From the NCBI GenBank assembly GCA_040902265.1, contig JBBDXQ010000108.1, positions 1,706-65,705 on the forward strand: 64,000 nt of DNA, in the 5' to 3' direction. Shown here one piece after another: positions 54,037-62,262 of this stretch. Origin of the DNA: Anaerolineales bacterium. Lineage in GTDB: Bacteria > Chloroflexota > Anaerolineae > Anaerolineales > UBA11579. Both the position numbers and the translations under genes were made by a program. The notes below the pieces were generated by a model. The model had not been told where the DNA came from. It ran no database searches and saw only the letters and a list, made by a program, of their open reading frames with translations. The first letter of the stretch is position 1, and every line of letters starts with the position of its first letter.

Positions 54037-54905
54037 CGCGTGAGCTACGTATTGGAAAGCAGATGGTCGGGGATGGGCATCCCACCTACATTGTGGGCGA
54101 GATCGGCATCAATCACAATGGCGATATTGAAATAGCCAAGCAGTTGATCGACCTGGCCAAATGGGCAGGTGCAAATGCGGTCAAATTTCAAAAACGCACT
54201 CCCGAACTGGCCGTCCCCGCCGACCAGAAAGATAAAATGCGCGAGACACCCTGGGGATACATCAGCTATTTGGAGTATCGTCACAAAGTGGAGTTTGGCG
54301 AAACGCAATACCGCCAGATCGATGCCCACTGCAAGCAGAAGGGATTGGATTGGTTTGTCTCCGTTTGGGATGAGGGGTCTGTGGACTTCATGGAAGCCTT
54401 TGACACCCCATGCTACAAAGTACCTTCCGCATCGCTGACGGATAGCAGTTTGCTTAAACACCTAAGGAGGACGGGCAAACCAATCGTAGTATCCACCGGC
54501 ATGTCCACCATGGAACAGATCAGAGCCGCTGTGGATCTGGTCGGATTGGATAACCTGATGCTGACTCATACCACCAGCACCTACCCCTGTGAACCGGAGG
54601 AGCTGAATTTAAGAATGATCACCACCTTGCGCCAGGCCTTCCCAGTACCAGTTGGCTATTCTGGGCACGAAGTCGGTCTGGTCATCTCGGCTGTGGCAGT
54701 GGCTATGGGCGCTTGCCTGGTGGAACGTCATATCACTCTGGACCGAGCCATGTGGGGCAGCGACCAGGCAGCTTCAGTGGAGCCAGGCGGTTTACAGCGC
54801 CTGGTGAAGTACATCCGCGTCACGGAGCAAGCCTTGGGGGATGGGGAAAAACGTGTCTACGATAGCGAAAAGCCTTCGCTACAAAAATTACGGCGAGTCC
54901 AATAA
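54033..54905 (+). CDS. NeuB-family ulosonic-acid synthase lacking the SAF domain
   Basis: 290-aa ORF with an ATGA overlap. 'PTYIVGEIGINHNGDIEIAKQLIDLAKWAGANAVKFQKR', 'YKVPSASLTD', 'GYSGHEVG', 'LVERHITLDR'. It ends about 60 aa short of the SAF-containing paralogue at 38385. Confidence 0.8.
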   Translation: MTRELRIGKQMVGDGHPTYIVGEIGINHNGDIEIAKQLIDLAKWAGANAVKFQKRTPELAVPADQKDKMRETPWGYISYLEYRHKVEFGETQYRQIDAHCKQKGLDWFVSVWDEGSVDFMEAFDTPCYKVPSASLTDSSLLKHLRRTGKPIVVSTGMSTMEQIRAAVDLVGLDNLMLTHTTSTYPCEPEELNLRMITTLRQAFPVPVGYSGHEVGLVISAVAVAMGACLVERHITLDRAMWGSDQAASVEPGGLQRLVKYIRVTEQALGDGEKRVYDSEKPSLQKLRRVQ

Positions 54906-54936
54906 CGCATGAGCGTCCAGCGGGCGCACAGTTAAC

Positions 54937-56526
54937 TTGTTCGAGCGCATAACTTCCAAGATCCTAGGGCTGGTAAGCAATCGGCGCATTGCGGAGTTGG
55001 CCCGCGCCGTAGCCCAACGAGCCGCCCCGACTCCCGTCGCGCCAGCGGTCATCTTCTTCAACGCTTCTGCACGGCTCGGCCACCTCAGCCAGAATGCCGC
55101 CTTTTCACTTCTGGCTGCCTGGGGCTTGCGTCTGGCGGGCGTGCGCGTAATCCACTTCGTTTGCAACCGCGGCATGAGCCGCTGCGTGTTGGGCACCAAT
55201 CCTGACGACCCAACCCAGCCGCCTCCCTGCGCGGTTTGCGTGGCGCAATCCCAGCGATTGTATGCCCATGCGGATTCCCGTTGGTTCGAGTTTAGAAAAG
55301 AAGCCCAATTAGCCGAAGAATTGAAGGACCTGTCCCTTGCAGACCTCAAAAAATTCGCTCACAATGGATGGCCGTTGGGGGAGCTAGTGCTGCCCGGGCT
55401 TCGCTGGACTTTACGGCGCCATCACCTAGTAAATGACGAAGCCACGCGGTACCTCTATAAGCAATACATACTCTCCGCCTTCAATGTGGGTAGGGAATTC
55501 GAGAAACTGCTCGATGAGGAAGAGCCTCCACTCGCGGTAGTCCTTTTCAATGGCCTTATGTATCCCGAAGCTATGGCTGGCTGGCTGGCGCAACAGCGCA
55601 GCTTGCGCGTCATCACACATGAAGTAGCGCTGCTGCCGTTGTCTGCTTTTTTCACTGAAGGGCAGGCTACTGCATATCCAATGGAGATCCCTGCCGATTT
55701 CCACCTATCTCCAGAACAAAACGATCAGCTAGATCACTACCTTGAGGCTCGCCTTCAAGGCCAATTCACGATGGCTGGCATTCAGTTCTGGCCGGAGATG
55801 CAAGCACCGGACGCCAACTTTCTTACTAAAGCTGCCCAATTCAAAAAGATCGTGCCGGTGTTCACCAATGTGATCTTCGACACCAGCCAGGTGCACGCCA
55901 ATACGCTCTTTCCCCATATGTTCGCCTGGTTGGATGAAGTGCGCGAACTAATTAAGACGCATCCCGACACCCTTTTCGTAATCCGCGCCCATCCTGATGA
56001 AATGCGGCCTGGCACCCGCAAGCAAAGCCGCGAGAGTGTTGGCGGTTGGGTGCAACACAATGGTTTGGAAAAGCAGGCCAACGTGACCTTTGTGGGCTCG
56101 GATGTTTATCTAAGCTCTTACGCACTGATCCAACGTGCTCACTTTGTGATGGTTTACAACTCTTCGATCGGCTTGGAAGCCTCGATCATGAATAAGCCGG
56201 TGTTGTGCGCCGGCGCAGCGCGCTACACTTCTTATCCAACTGTGTTTTACCCCAACTCCACCGCCGCGTATCTAAAAACAGCTCAAGAGTTCTTGCGAGC
56301 GGAAAAAATGGAGCAGCCCCCCGAGTTTGTTGCAGAGGCGCGCCGCGTCCTGTATTTTCAGCTCTTTCGAACCGCCTTGCCTTTCAATGGTTATCTGCAG
56401 GCGCATACTCGTATGGGCTATGTCCATCTCAATTCATTCTCTTTCGACGATCTTCTTCCACAAAATTCGTCTGCCATGCGTGCCATATATGCCGGTGTTG
56501 TAAACGGCGACTCTTTTCTGGTATAA
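54937..56526 (+). CDS. GT-B-like protein, capsule-synthesis (KpsC/KpsS, GT107-like) layout; paralogue of 33104-34693
   Basis: 529-aa ORF with an apparent TTG start and no in-frame ATG for 78 codons. See the collinear blocks listed for 33104. A Cys cluster 'FVCNRGMSRCVLG...PPCAVCVAQ' near the N-terminus is absent from the paralogue. Confidence 0.5.
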   Translation: MFERITSKILGLVSNRRIAELARAVAQRAAPTPVAPAVIFFNASARLGHLSQNAAFSLLAAWGLRLAGVRVIHFVCNRGMSRCVLGTNPDDPTQPPPCAVCVAQSQRLYAHADSRWFEFRKEAQLAEELKDLSLADLKKFAHNGWPLGELVLPGLRWTLRRHHLVNDEATRYLYKQYILSAFNVGREFEKLLDEEEPPLAVVLFNGLMYPEAMAGWLAQQRSLRVITHEVALLPLSAFFTEGQATAYPMEIPADFHLSPEQNDQLDHYLEARLQGQFTMAGIQFWPEMQAPDANFLTKAAQFKKIVPVFTNVIFDTSQVHANTLFPHMFAWLDEVRELIKTHPDTLFVIRAHPDEMRPGTRKQSRESVGGWVQHNGLEKQANVTFVGSDVYLSSYALIQRAHFVMVYNSSIGLEASIMNKPVLCAGAARYTSYPTVFYPNSTAAYLKTAQEFLRAEKMEQPPEFVAEARRVLYFQLFRTALPFNGYLQAHTRMGYVHLNSFSFDDLLPQNSSAMRAIYAGVVNGDSFLV

Positions 56527-56533
56527 GACTCGC

Positions 56534-56791
56534 ATGGTCTCAAAAACAGAGGAGAGCGGTCTGTTGGAGGAATTGCGCAGCCTGATGGCTGAAATTTTCC
56601 ATGTGGACGCAGACCAGATCGGTGTTGAAGCTCAATTGGGTGAATTGCCGCAATGGGATTCCTTGACGCATATGGACTTAATGGTTGCGCTTGAATCGGC
56701 TTTTGGTATAGAGATCACTGCTGAAACTATTAGCCAGCTCACCAGCCTTCCGTCAATCTGGGCTTACATTCAAAGTCAGCAGCATGCCTGA
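56534..56791 (+). CDS. acyl/aminoacyl carrier protein
   Basis: 85-aa ORF. 'LGELPQWDSLTHMDLMVALESAFGIEI' is a DSL phosphopantetheine-attachment context in a four-helix ACP-sized protein. Confidence 0.75.
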   Translation: MVSKTEESGLLEELRSLMAEIFHVDADQIGVEAQLGELPQWDSLTHMDLMVALESAFGIEITAETISQLTSLPSIWAYIQSQQHA

Positions 56792-57971
56792 GCACAGCTT
56801 CTCTGCACAGGCAGCTGTCCCGGCACACCTGCGCTCCCAGGTGCAAGCCAAATTGGCCTTTGTCGATGAGAATATCGCAGGCGCTTCCATCTCTGCTGAT
56901 GGCAGCACGGTTAGCTTGCAATTGCGATCCATGGTTCCCAAACAGATCCTTGGGGAGCTGGAAGCCAAAGTGCAAAATGTGGTGACTGAAATGACTAAGG
57001 GGGCAGTGCCGCCCAAGATAGAGGTTCTGGAAGATCACCTGCAGCGCAGTCTCCCTTACGCCATCGACCCCATGCCAGGCTTGCTGTCCAGCGGCGAGGT
57101 CAGCCGCGAGCATACCGGCATATATAGCCTCGGCGCCAATCTCACGCGCCTTATTGCGGTATTTGAGTCTTATTTTTTGGAGCTGGCAACTGAATTTTCA
57201 GCCCTTCCGCAACGTTTTCCGGCGCTCATTTCTGCCGAAAAATTGGGGCGCGTCAATTATTTTCGTGCCTTCCCTCATTCGCTCACCTTCGCCACCCACT
57301 TACGTGAAGACCTGCATGTGATCAACGACTTTGCTGAACATGCCAAATACGAAATCGAAGGATTGAACGCACCCCCAGCCTCCTTCTCCAAGATCCAGGC
57401 GCTGCTTTCCCCCGCGGTGTGTTATCACCTCTATTTCAGCCTGGCTGACAAGCCCCTGCCGGGGGGCCAATTAGCTGCCACGGCGGTGGGACATTGCTTT
57501 CGCTACGAATCCAGCAACTTGAACACCTTGGAGCGCATGTGGGATTTCACCATGCGCGAGATCATATTCGTGGGACCGCCGGATTTCGTGCTGCAAAACC
57601 GAGAGCGTGCTCGCCAGCAGGTCGCTCTGTACCTTGAACGTCTTGGCTTGGCCTATAAAGTAGAAAGCGCCAATGATCCTTTCTTTGTCGGCGAATTTCG
57701 CAGGCAAGCTGCCTTCCAGAATGCATTTCAGCTCAAATATGAAATTCGCGCCAGCCTGCCCTTTAAGCATGACACCTTGGCGGTGGGCTCCTACAACTAT
57801 CACCAGGATTTCTTTGGTCGCCACCTTGGCATCACGCTGCCGGATGGCAAACCGGCCCACACCGGCTGCGTCGCATTCGGTTTGGAGCGTCTGGCCTATG
57901 CCTTCGTTTGCCAATTCGGTTTAGAGCCGGCTGGCTGGCCTGCCCACGTTCGTGAGGCATGGAATGGCTAA
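56784..57971 (+). CDS. amino acid--[acyl-carrier-protein] ligase (class-II aaRS / atypical SerRS catalytic-core homologue)
   Basis: 395-aa ORF overlapping the ACP gene by 8 nt. 'GHCFRYES' (motif-2-like fRxE), 'MREIIFVG', 'HTGCVAFGLERLAYAF' (motif-3-like). Candidate Zn ligands are Cys ('SPAVCYHLY'), Glu ('FRYE') and Cys ('HTGC'). No tRNA-binding N-terminal coiled coil is evident. Confidence 0.7.
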   Translation: MPEHSFSAQAAVPAHLRSQVQAKLAFVDENIAGASISADGSTVSLQLRSMVPKQILGELEAKVQNVVTEMTKGAVPPKIEVLEDHLQRSLPYAIDPMPGLLSSGEVSREHTGIYSLGANLTRLIAVFESYFLELATEFSALPQRFPALISAEKLGRVNYFRAFPHSLTFATHLREDLHVINDFAEHAKYEIEGLNAPPASFSKIQALLSPAVCYHLYFSLADKPLPGGQLAATAVGHCFRYESSNLNTLERMWDFTMREIIFVGPPDFVLQNRERARQQVALYLERLGLAYKVESANDPFFVGEFRRQAAFQNAFQLKYEIRASLPFKHDTLAVGSYNYHQDFFGRHLGITLPDGKPAHTGCVAFGLERLAYAFVCQFGLEPAGWPAHVREAWNG

Positions 57972-58440
57972 GCTCTCTGTGCGCCAGGCAGAGGCAGAAG
58001 ACTTAGCGGCAGTTGCCGCGGCTTGGACCAAACTGCAAGTGTTACATCGCAGTCTGGGGTTGGCTTTCACTTTTCCTCCAGATGCGGCCGAACAATGGCT
58101 GGCTTCCTTTCAGCGCACCTTGGGTCGCTTCAGCTTCTTATGGGTGATCGGACCTTTAGGACAACCGGACGCTTTTTTATTAGCCCGCATCAAACAAAGC
58201 CCTGCTTTTCTGGGTGGTGTCCAGGTCGGGGAGATCAGCGATCTCTATGTAGCCAATAGCCTGCGCGGTTCCGGCGCGGGGACCGCGTTGGCCAAAACGG
58301 CCATGCGTAAATTCCAGGAGCTCGGCTTGCATTCAGTGGAGGTGCAGGTGCTAGCTGGCAACGAGTCGGGGTTGGCTTTCTGGGTCAAGCTGGGTTTCGC
58401 GCAAGACCTTTCCCTGGTGCGTAAAGTGTTGAAGGCCTGA
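57964..58440 (+). CDS. GNAT-family N-acyltransferase
   Basis: ATG 57964 overlaps the ligase stop. 'ISDLYVANSLRGSGAGTALAKTAMRKFQELGLHSVEVQVLAGNESGLAFWVKLGF' is the acyl-CoA-binding R/Q-x-x-G-x-G/A motif. Confidence 0.75.
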   Translation: MAKLSVRQAEAEDLAAVAAAWTKLQVLHRSLGLAFTFPPDAAEQWLASFQRTLGRFSFLWVIGPLGQPDAFLLARIKQSPAFLGGVQVGEISDLYVANSLRGSGAGTALAKTAMRKFQELGLHSVEVQVLAGNESGLAFWVKLGFAQDLSLVRKVLKA

Positions 58441-58441
58441 G

Positions 58442-59221
58442 ATGCCGTTTCCAGAATTGACTCATTCCGAATTAATCCAGACGCTGGAATCAGTGGGCGT
58501 GCTACCCGGCGACGGGGTGCTGGTGCATTCGGCTTTGCAATTGCTGGGCAAGCCAAACGGTGGCCTGCAAATGGTGTTCGATGCCATCGTCGAGGTGATC
58601 GGACCCACAGGCACACTGGCGGTGCCGACTTTCCCCTTCACCTTCAGCCGCGGTCTGGATTACGATCCGCTTACCACACCTTCGCAAGGCATGGGTGCTT
58701 TCTCGGAGTTCGTCCGCCAAGTTCCGCAGGCGCTCCGCACCACCCATCCTATGCAGCCTGTTGCTCTGGTCGGTGGGCATGCTGCCGATCTGGCCCAACG
58801 CGATACGCTATCCGCGTTCGATGACGGCTCGGCGTTCGACCGCATGTTGCAATTGGGCTTCAAGATGCTGTTACTAGGCGCGGATATCCAGGCCGCTTCT
58901 ATCGTTCATTACTCCGAGCAGCGTGCTGCAGTCCCCTACCGCTATTGGAAAGATTTCACCGGGCGCGTAAAGGTGGGCGATGCATGGAAAACGAAAACCT
59001 ACCGCATGTTCGTGCGCGACCTGGATCTGGATGCGCAACTCAAGCTCACGCCCATTCAGAGGACATTAGAAGCTGAAGGCTTGTGGCGTACCACGAAGCT
59101 GAACTTTGGCGAAGTAGCCTGTTGCCCCCTTACCGCATTTGTGGCAGCGGCCGACGAATTACTGGCTGCCAACCCTTGGGTGCTGGTGACCAACAGACCA
59201 CGGCAGGTGGCAGACAGCTGA
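58442..59221 (+). CDS. AAC(3)-family (Antibiotic_NAT fold) N-acyltransferase homologue
   Basis: 259-aa ORF. 'LPGDGVLVHSALQLLGKPNGGLQMVFDAIVEVIGPTGTLAVPTF', 'MGAFSEF', 'RTTHPMQPVALVG', 'SIVHYSEQ' are typical aminoglycoside 3-N-acetyltransferase-family blocks. Confidence 0.8.
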   Translation: MPFPELTHSELIQTLESVGVLPGDGVLVHSALQLLGKPNGGLQMVFDAIVEVIGPTGTLAVPTFPFTFSRGLDYDPLTTPSQGMGAFSEFVRQVPQALRTTHPMQPVALVGGHAADLAQRDTLSAFDDGSAFDRMLQLGFKMLLLGADIQAASIVHYSEQRAAVPYRYWKDFTGRVKVGDAWKTKTYRMFVRDLDLDAQLKLTPIQRTLEAEGLWRTTKLNFGEVACCPLTAFVAAADELLAANPWVLVTNRPRQVADS

Positions 59222-59222
59222 G

Positions 59223-60539
59223 ATGTCCACCATGATGGAGTTGATCGAGGAACTCTGGTTCCTCAAACGCGACCTCGTCTCTGAAGGGTACGACCGCGCC
59301 TTGGAACGCCTGGCCGCTGAGCTTCCCATGACCATCCACGAGTTCGCCTCGGGGGCAAATGTTTGGACCTGGACAATTCCAGACGCCTGGACTTGCCACG
59401 AAGCTTATTTGGAAACATTGGACGGCAAACGCCTGATCGACGTGGCAGATCACCCCCTCCATGTCGTTTCGTATTCCCTGCCCTTCGAGGGCGAAGTCAG
59501 TCGGCAAGAATTGCTGCAGCACTTACATGTGCATGCGCATCTTCCGGATGCCATTCCGTATGTATTCAAGGTCTACCAGCGTGACTGGGGTCTGTGCGCC
59601 TCGCAAAAGCTCCGTGATTCTCTCAAGGACGAGCGCTACCGTGTAGTTATCCGCACGGAATTCACCCCCGGTGTTCTCAAGGTCGGTGAGGTGCTGGTCT
59701 CCGGCGAGCGTGAAGAGTCTTTCATGGTCGCCGCTCATCTAGACCACCCAGCCATGGTCAACGATGACCTTTCCGGAGTTGTGGTTGAATTGGAAGCCGC
59801 TCGGCAACTTCTGGCCGGTCCCAAACCGTATTACAGCTATCGATTTCTCTTTCTGCCAGAGACGCTGGGGTCCATCGCCTATCTCAGCAGCCACGAACAC
59901 CTGATCCCCGGCATGCTTGGCGGTCTCTTCCTCGAAATGCTGGGCAATGATGCTGTGCACGCCTTGCAGACTTCATTTCTGGCTGGGAGCGCGGCTGACA
60001 TCTGCCTGGTGGCAGCCCTACGTGGTGTCGAGCCAGGCGCTTACGTGGGCGCTTACCGTACCATCATTGATAACGACGAACGCCAATTTAATGCCCCTGG
60101 AGTGCGGGTACCCATGCTTTCGCTTTCTCGCGTTGTGGATGCCTACCTACCAGCCTCGCGTTTTTACCCTTACCCTGAGTACCATTCCAGCCTGGACTCG
60201 CCCGCCATCATCTCTACTGAGCGCTTGGAATCTTCTGTTCAGCTGGTGCTCGAACTCCTCTCCGCATTTGATCGTAATCGCTACATCGTCAACCGCTTCA
60301 AAGGCGAGGTCTTTGCCACTGGGTATGGCCTCTGGGTGGACTATAGGACGGATTCTGCCGCTCACAAACTCCGTTTCGAAATCATGGATCGCTGCGATGG
60401 CACCCGCCGTCCAGCCGATATCGCTCATGAACTTGGTTTGTCTTTTCAGCAAGTTTGGGAGCTTATAGAAATCTTGCTGGAGAAAGATCTGGTATTTCTC
60501 AGTCAGTCCCCGCAGCCGACTGACCCGCATCTCGCCTAA
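59223..60539 (+). CDS. DUF4910/DUF2172 aminopeptidase-like (M28-like) protein with a C-terminal winged helix
   Basis: 438-aa ORF. 'IHEFASGANVWTWTIPDAWTCHEAYLETLDGKRLIDVADHPLHVVSYSLPFEG..ELLQHLH..PDAIPYVFKVYQRDWGLC' fits the family pattern as I recall it. The C-terminal 'RRPADIAHELGLSFQQVWELIEILLEKDLVFL' is wHTH-like. Confidence 0.7.
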   Translation: MSTMMELIEELWFLKRDLVSEGYDRALERLAAELPMTIHEFASGANVWTWTIPDAWTCHEAYLETLDGKRLIDVADHPLHVVSYSLPFEGEVSRQELLQHLHVHAHLPDAIPYVFKVYQRDWGLCASQKLRDSLKDERYRVVIRTEFTPGVLKVGEVLVSGEREESFMVAAHLDHPAMVNDDLSGVVVELEAARQLLAGPKPYYSYRFLFLPETLGSIAYLSSHEHLIPGMLGGLFLEMLGNDAVHALQTSFLAGSAADICLVAALRGVEPGAYVGAYRTIIDNDERQFNAPGVRVPMLSLSRVVDAYLPASRFYPYPEYHSSLDSPAIISTERLESSVQLVLELLSAFDRNRYIVNRFKGEVFATGYGLWVDYRTDSAAHKLRFEIMDRCDGTRRPADIAHELGLSFQQVWELIEILLEKDLVFLSQSPQPTDPHLA

Positions 60540-60541
60540 CT

Positions 60542-61402
60542 ATGTCGCTGATCGCCGAAGTTAAACAACCTTTCAAACTGGTGCGCTGGCGCCTGCGGCG
60601 CGCCCAGGCCGCCCGCCGTTGGGGAGCAGCGCAATTGCAGCGCACACCCGCCGTCATCGGCAACGCAATTCCCAAGTCCGGTTCCCATCTGCTAATCCAG
60701 GTCCTGCTGGGCCTCACCCGCCTGGGTCCCTTTGTGGATCCTGGTATGCCCCCAATCAACCGCTCGGCCAGCAATCGCAATCTACCTCAAGCCAGCATCG
60801 TGGCGAACTTGGGTCGTCTGCGCCCGGGGGATATCACCTATTGCTATCTGCATGCTCGCCAACCCTTCCTGGCTGAACTAGCTCGACCAGGCAAGGCTGC
60901 CTTCTTTATTTATCGTGACCCGCGCGACATGATCGTCTCTCAAGTATTTTATGCTACCAATATGCACCCCCATCATGGTATGCATGACTATTACAACAAA
61001 CTATCCACCATGGAAGAACGTCTTAACGCCGCCATCCAGGGAGTGCACAGACCTGGTGCGCAACTCTCTTCCATCCGTGCCAAATTTGAGTCTTACCTAG
61101 GCTGGCTGGATCAACCCGAAGTACTTGGTTTGCGCTACGAAGACCTGGTCCGCGAGCGCTCAGCTACTGTGGGCAGTATCCTCGACCATTTGGCAGGGCG
61201 TGGCCTTCAACTGCAGTTGTCGCGCGCCGAAGCTATTGCCACCCTAGATGCATCCGTTTCGCCTGCCGCCTCAGGTACCTTTCGCCGCGGCCAGCCCGGC
61301 GAATGGCGCCAGCACTTCACTGCCAACAATATTCGCCTATTCAAAGTGTCCGCCGGCGATTTGCTGCAGCGCCTTGGTTACGAGCAAAGTGATCGATGGT
61401 GA
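60542..61402 (+). CDS. sulfotransferase (Sulfotransfer_1-like), tandem paralogue 1
   Basis: 286-aa ORF. 'IGNAIPKSGSHLLIQVL' (5'-PSB), 'FFIYRDPRDMIVSQVFY' (3'-PB), 'LRYEDLV', 'FRRGQPGEWRQHFT'. Confidence 0.8.
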   Translation: MSLIAEVKQPFKLVRWRLRRAQAARRWGAAQLQRTPAVIGNAIPKSGSHLLIQVLLGLTRLGPFVDPGMPPINRSASNRNLPQASIVANLGRLRPGDITYCYLHARQPFLAELARPGKAAFFIYRDPRDMIVSQVFYATNMHPHHGMHDYYNKLSTMEERLNAAIQGVHRPGAQLSSIRAKFESYLGWLDQPEVLGLRYEDLVRERSATVGSILDHLAGRGLQLQLSRAEAIATLDASVSPAASGTFRRGQPGEWRQHFTANNIRLFKVSAGDLLQRLGYEQSDRW

Positions 61403-62253
61403 GCCCAGGATTGATGACGCGGCTTGCTCGCCGCAGCATCCGACGCAGGAGCGCCCAGCAAGCCTATCCTCAGATCCCGATGTCCCAAATGCCCATCCTG
61501 TTTGGGAATTCTTTTCCCAAGAGCGGCACGCACTTGCTTACCCAGATCCTGGCGGGCTTCACCCGGCTGGGTCCGGTGGTTGATAGTGGCCTACAGGCGG
61601 TACTAACCTTTGAAGGCGAAAGTGGCCAGCCTCGCTCGCTGAGCGCCATCCTCGCTGACCTGGCGCGTTTACAATCCGGTGATATCGGCTATGGACATTT
61701 ACATGCCGTTCCCGCAGTAGTCCAGGCTTTATGCCGTGCTGGCGTAGCGCCTTATTTCATCTACCGCGATCCGCGAGACGTGGTGGTTTCACACGTCTTT
61801 TATGTCACCGAAATTAATAACCATCACATCCATCACGATTACTACGTCAACGACTTGAAGGATTTCGACCAACGGCTGGAAGTTAGTATTCTGGGCCGGC
61901 CGGAATTGGAACCTCCATTCCCGGATATCCGCGCCCGTTTTGAACCTTATTTACCCTGGCTGGGTCGCTCTGAAGTACTCTCTTTGCGCTATGAGGATCT
62001 GCTAGAGAATACCTTCGCTGAACTGGGTAGCATCCTGGACCATGCAGGGAGCCAAGGTTTTGTTCATCCTTTCGAACGCTCCGAGGCCATCGGCATCCTT
62101 GCCCAAAGTATCAAGCCTGAAGAATCGCCCACTTTTCGCAAGGGCCAGCCCGGTGGTTGGCAGCAGCACTTCACACCCCGTCATAAAGCTCTATTCAAGC
62201 AAGTCACTGGCGACCTGTTGATGCGCTTGGGTTACCAGAAACAGAACTGGTAA
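61396..62253 (+). CDS. sulfotransferase (Sulfotransfer_1-like), tandem paralogue 2
   Basis: 285-aa ORF overlapping paralogue 1 by 7 nt. 'FGNSFPKSGTHLLTQIL', 'YFIYRDPRDVVVSHVFY', 'LRYEDLL', 'FRKGQPGGWQQHFT'. Confidence 0.8.
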   Translation: MVSPGLMTRLARRSIRRRSAQQAYPQIPMSQMPILFGNSFPKSGTHLLTQILAGFTRLGPVVDSGLQAVLTFEGESGQPRSLSAILADLARLQSGDIGYGHLHAVPAVVQALCRAGVAPYFIYRDPRDVVVSHVFYVTEINNHHIHHDYYVNDLKDFDQRLEVSILGRPELEPPFPDIRARFEPYLPWLGRSEVLSLRYEDLLENTFAELGSILDHAGSQGFVHPFERSEAIGILAQSIKPEESPTFRKGQPGGWQQHFTPRHKALFKQVTGDLLMRLGYQKQNW

Positions 62254-62262
62254 GATTTACCC

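Noticed and set aside
54908-54934. Short ATG-initiated ORF (8 codons) in the gap before the 54937 gene, as a possible leader peptide
   Set aside because: It is only 8 codons, with no obvious SD and no regulatory codon pattern. It was noted only because the downstream gene lacks an ATG start, and the evidence is insufficient.
58442-59221. The AAC(3)-family ORF as an aminoglycoside-resistance gene
   Set aside because: It is translationally embedded between a GNAT and a DUF4910 protein in a glycan operon, next to an ACP and an aa:CP ligase, and has no mobile-element context. A biosynthetic sugar N-acyltransferase role is more parsimonious. Resistance activity cannot be excluded without an assay.
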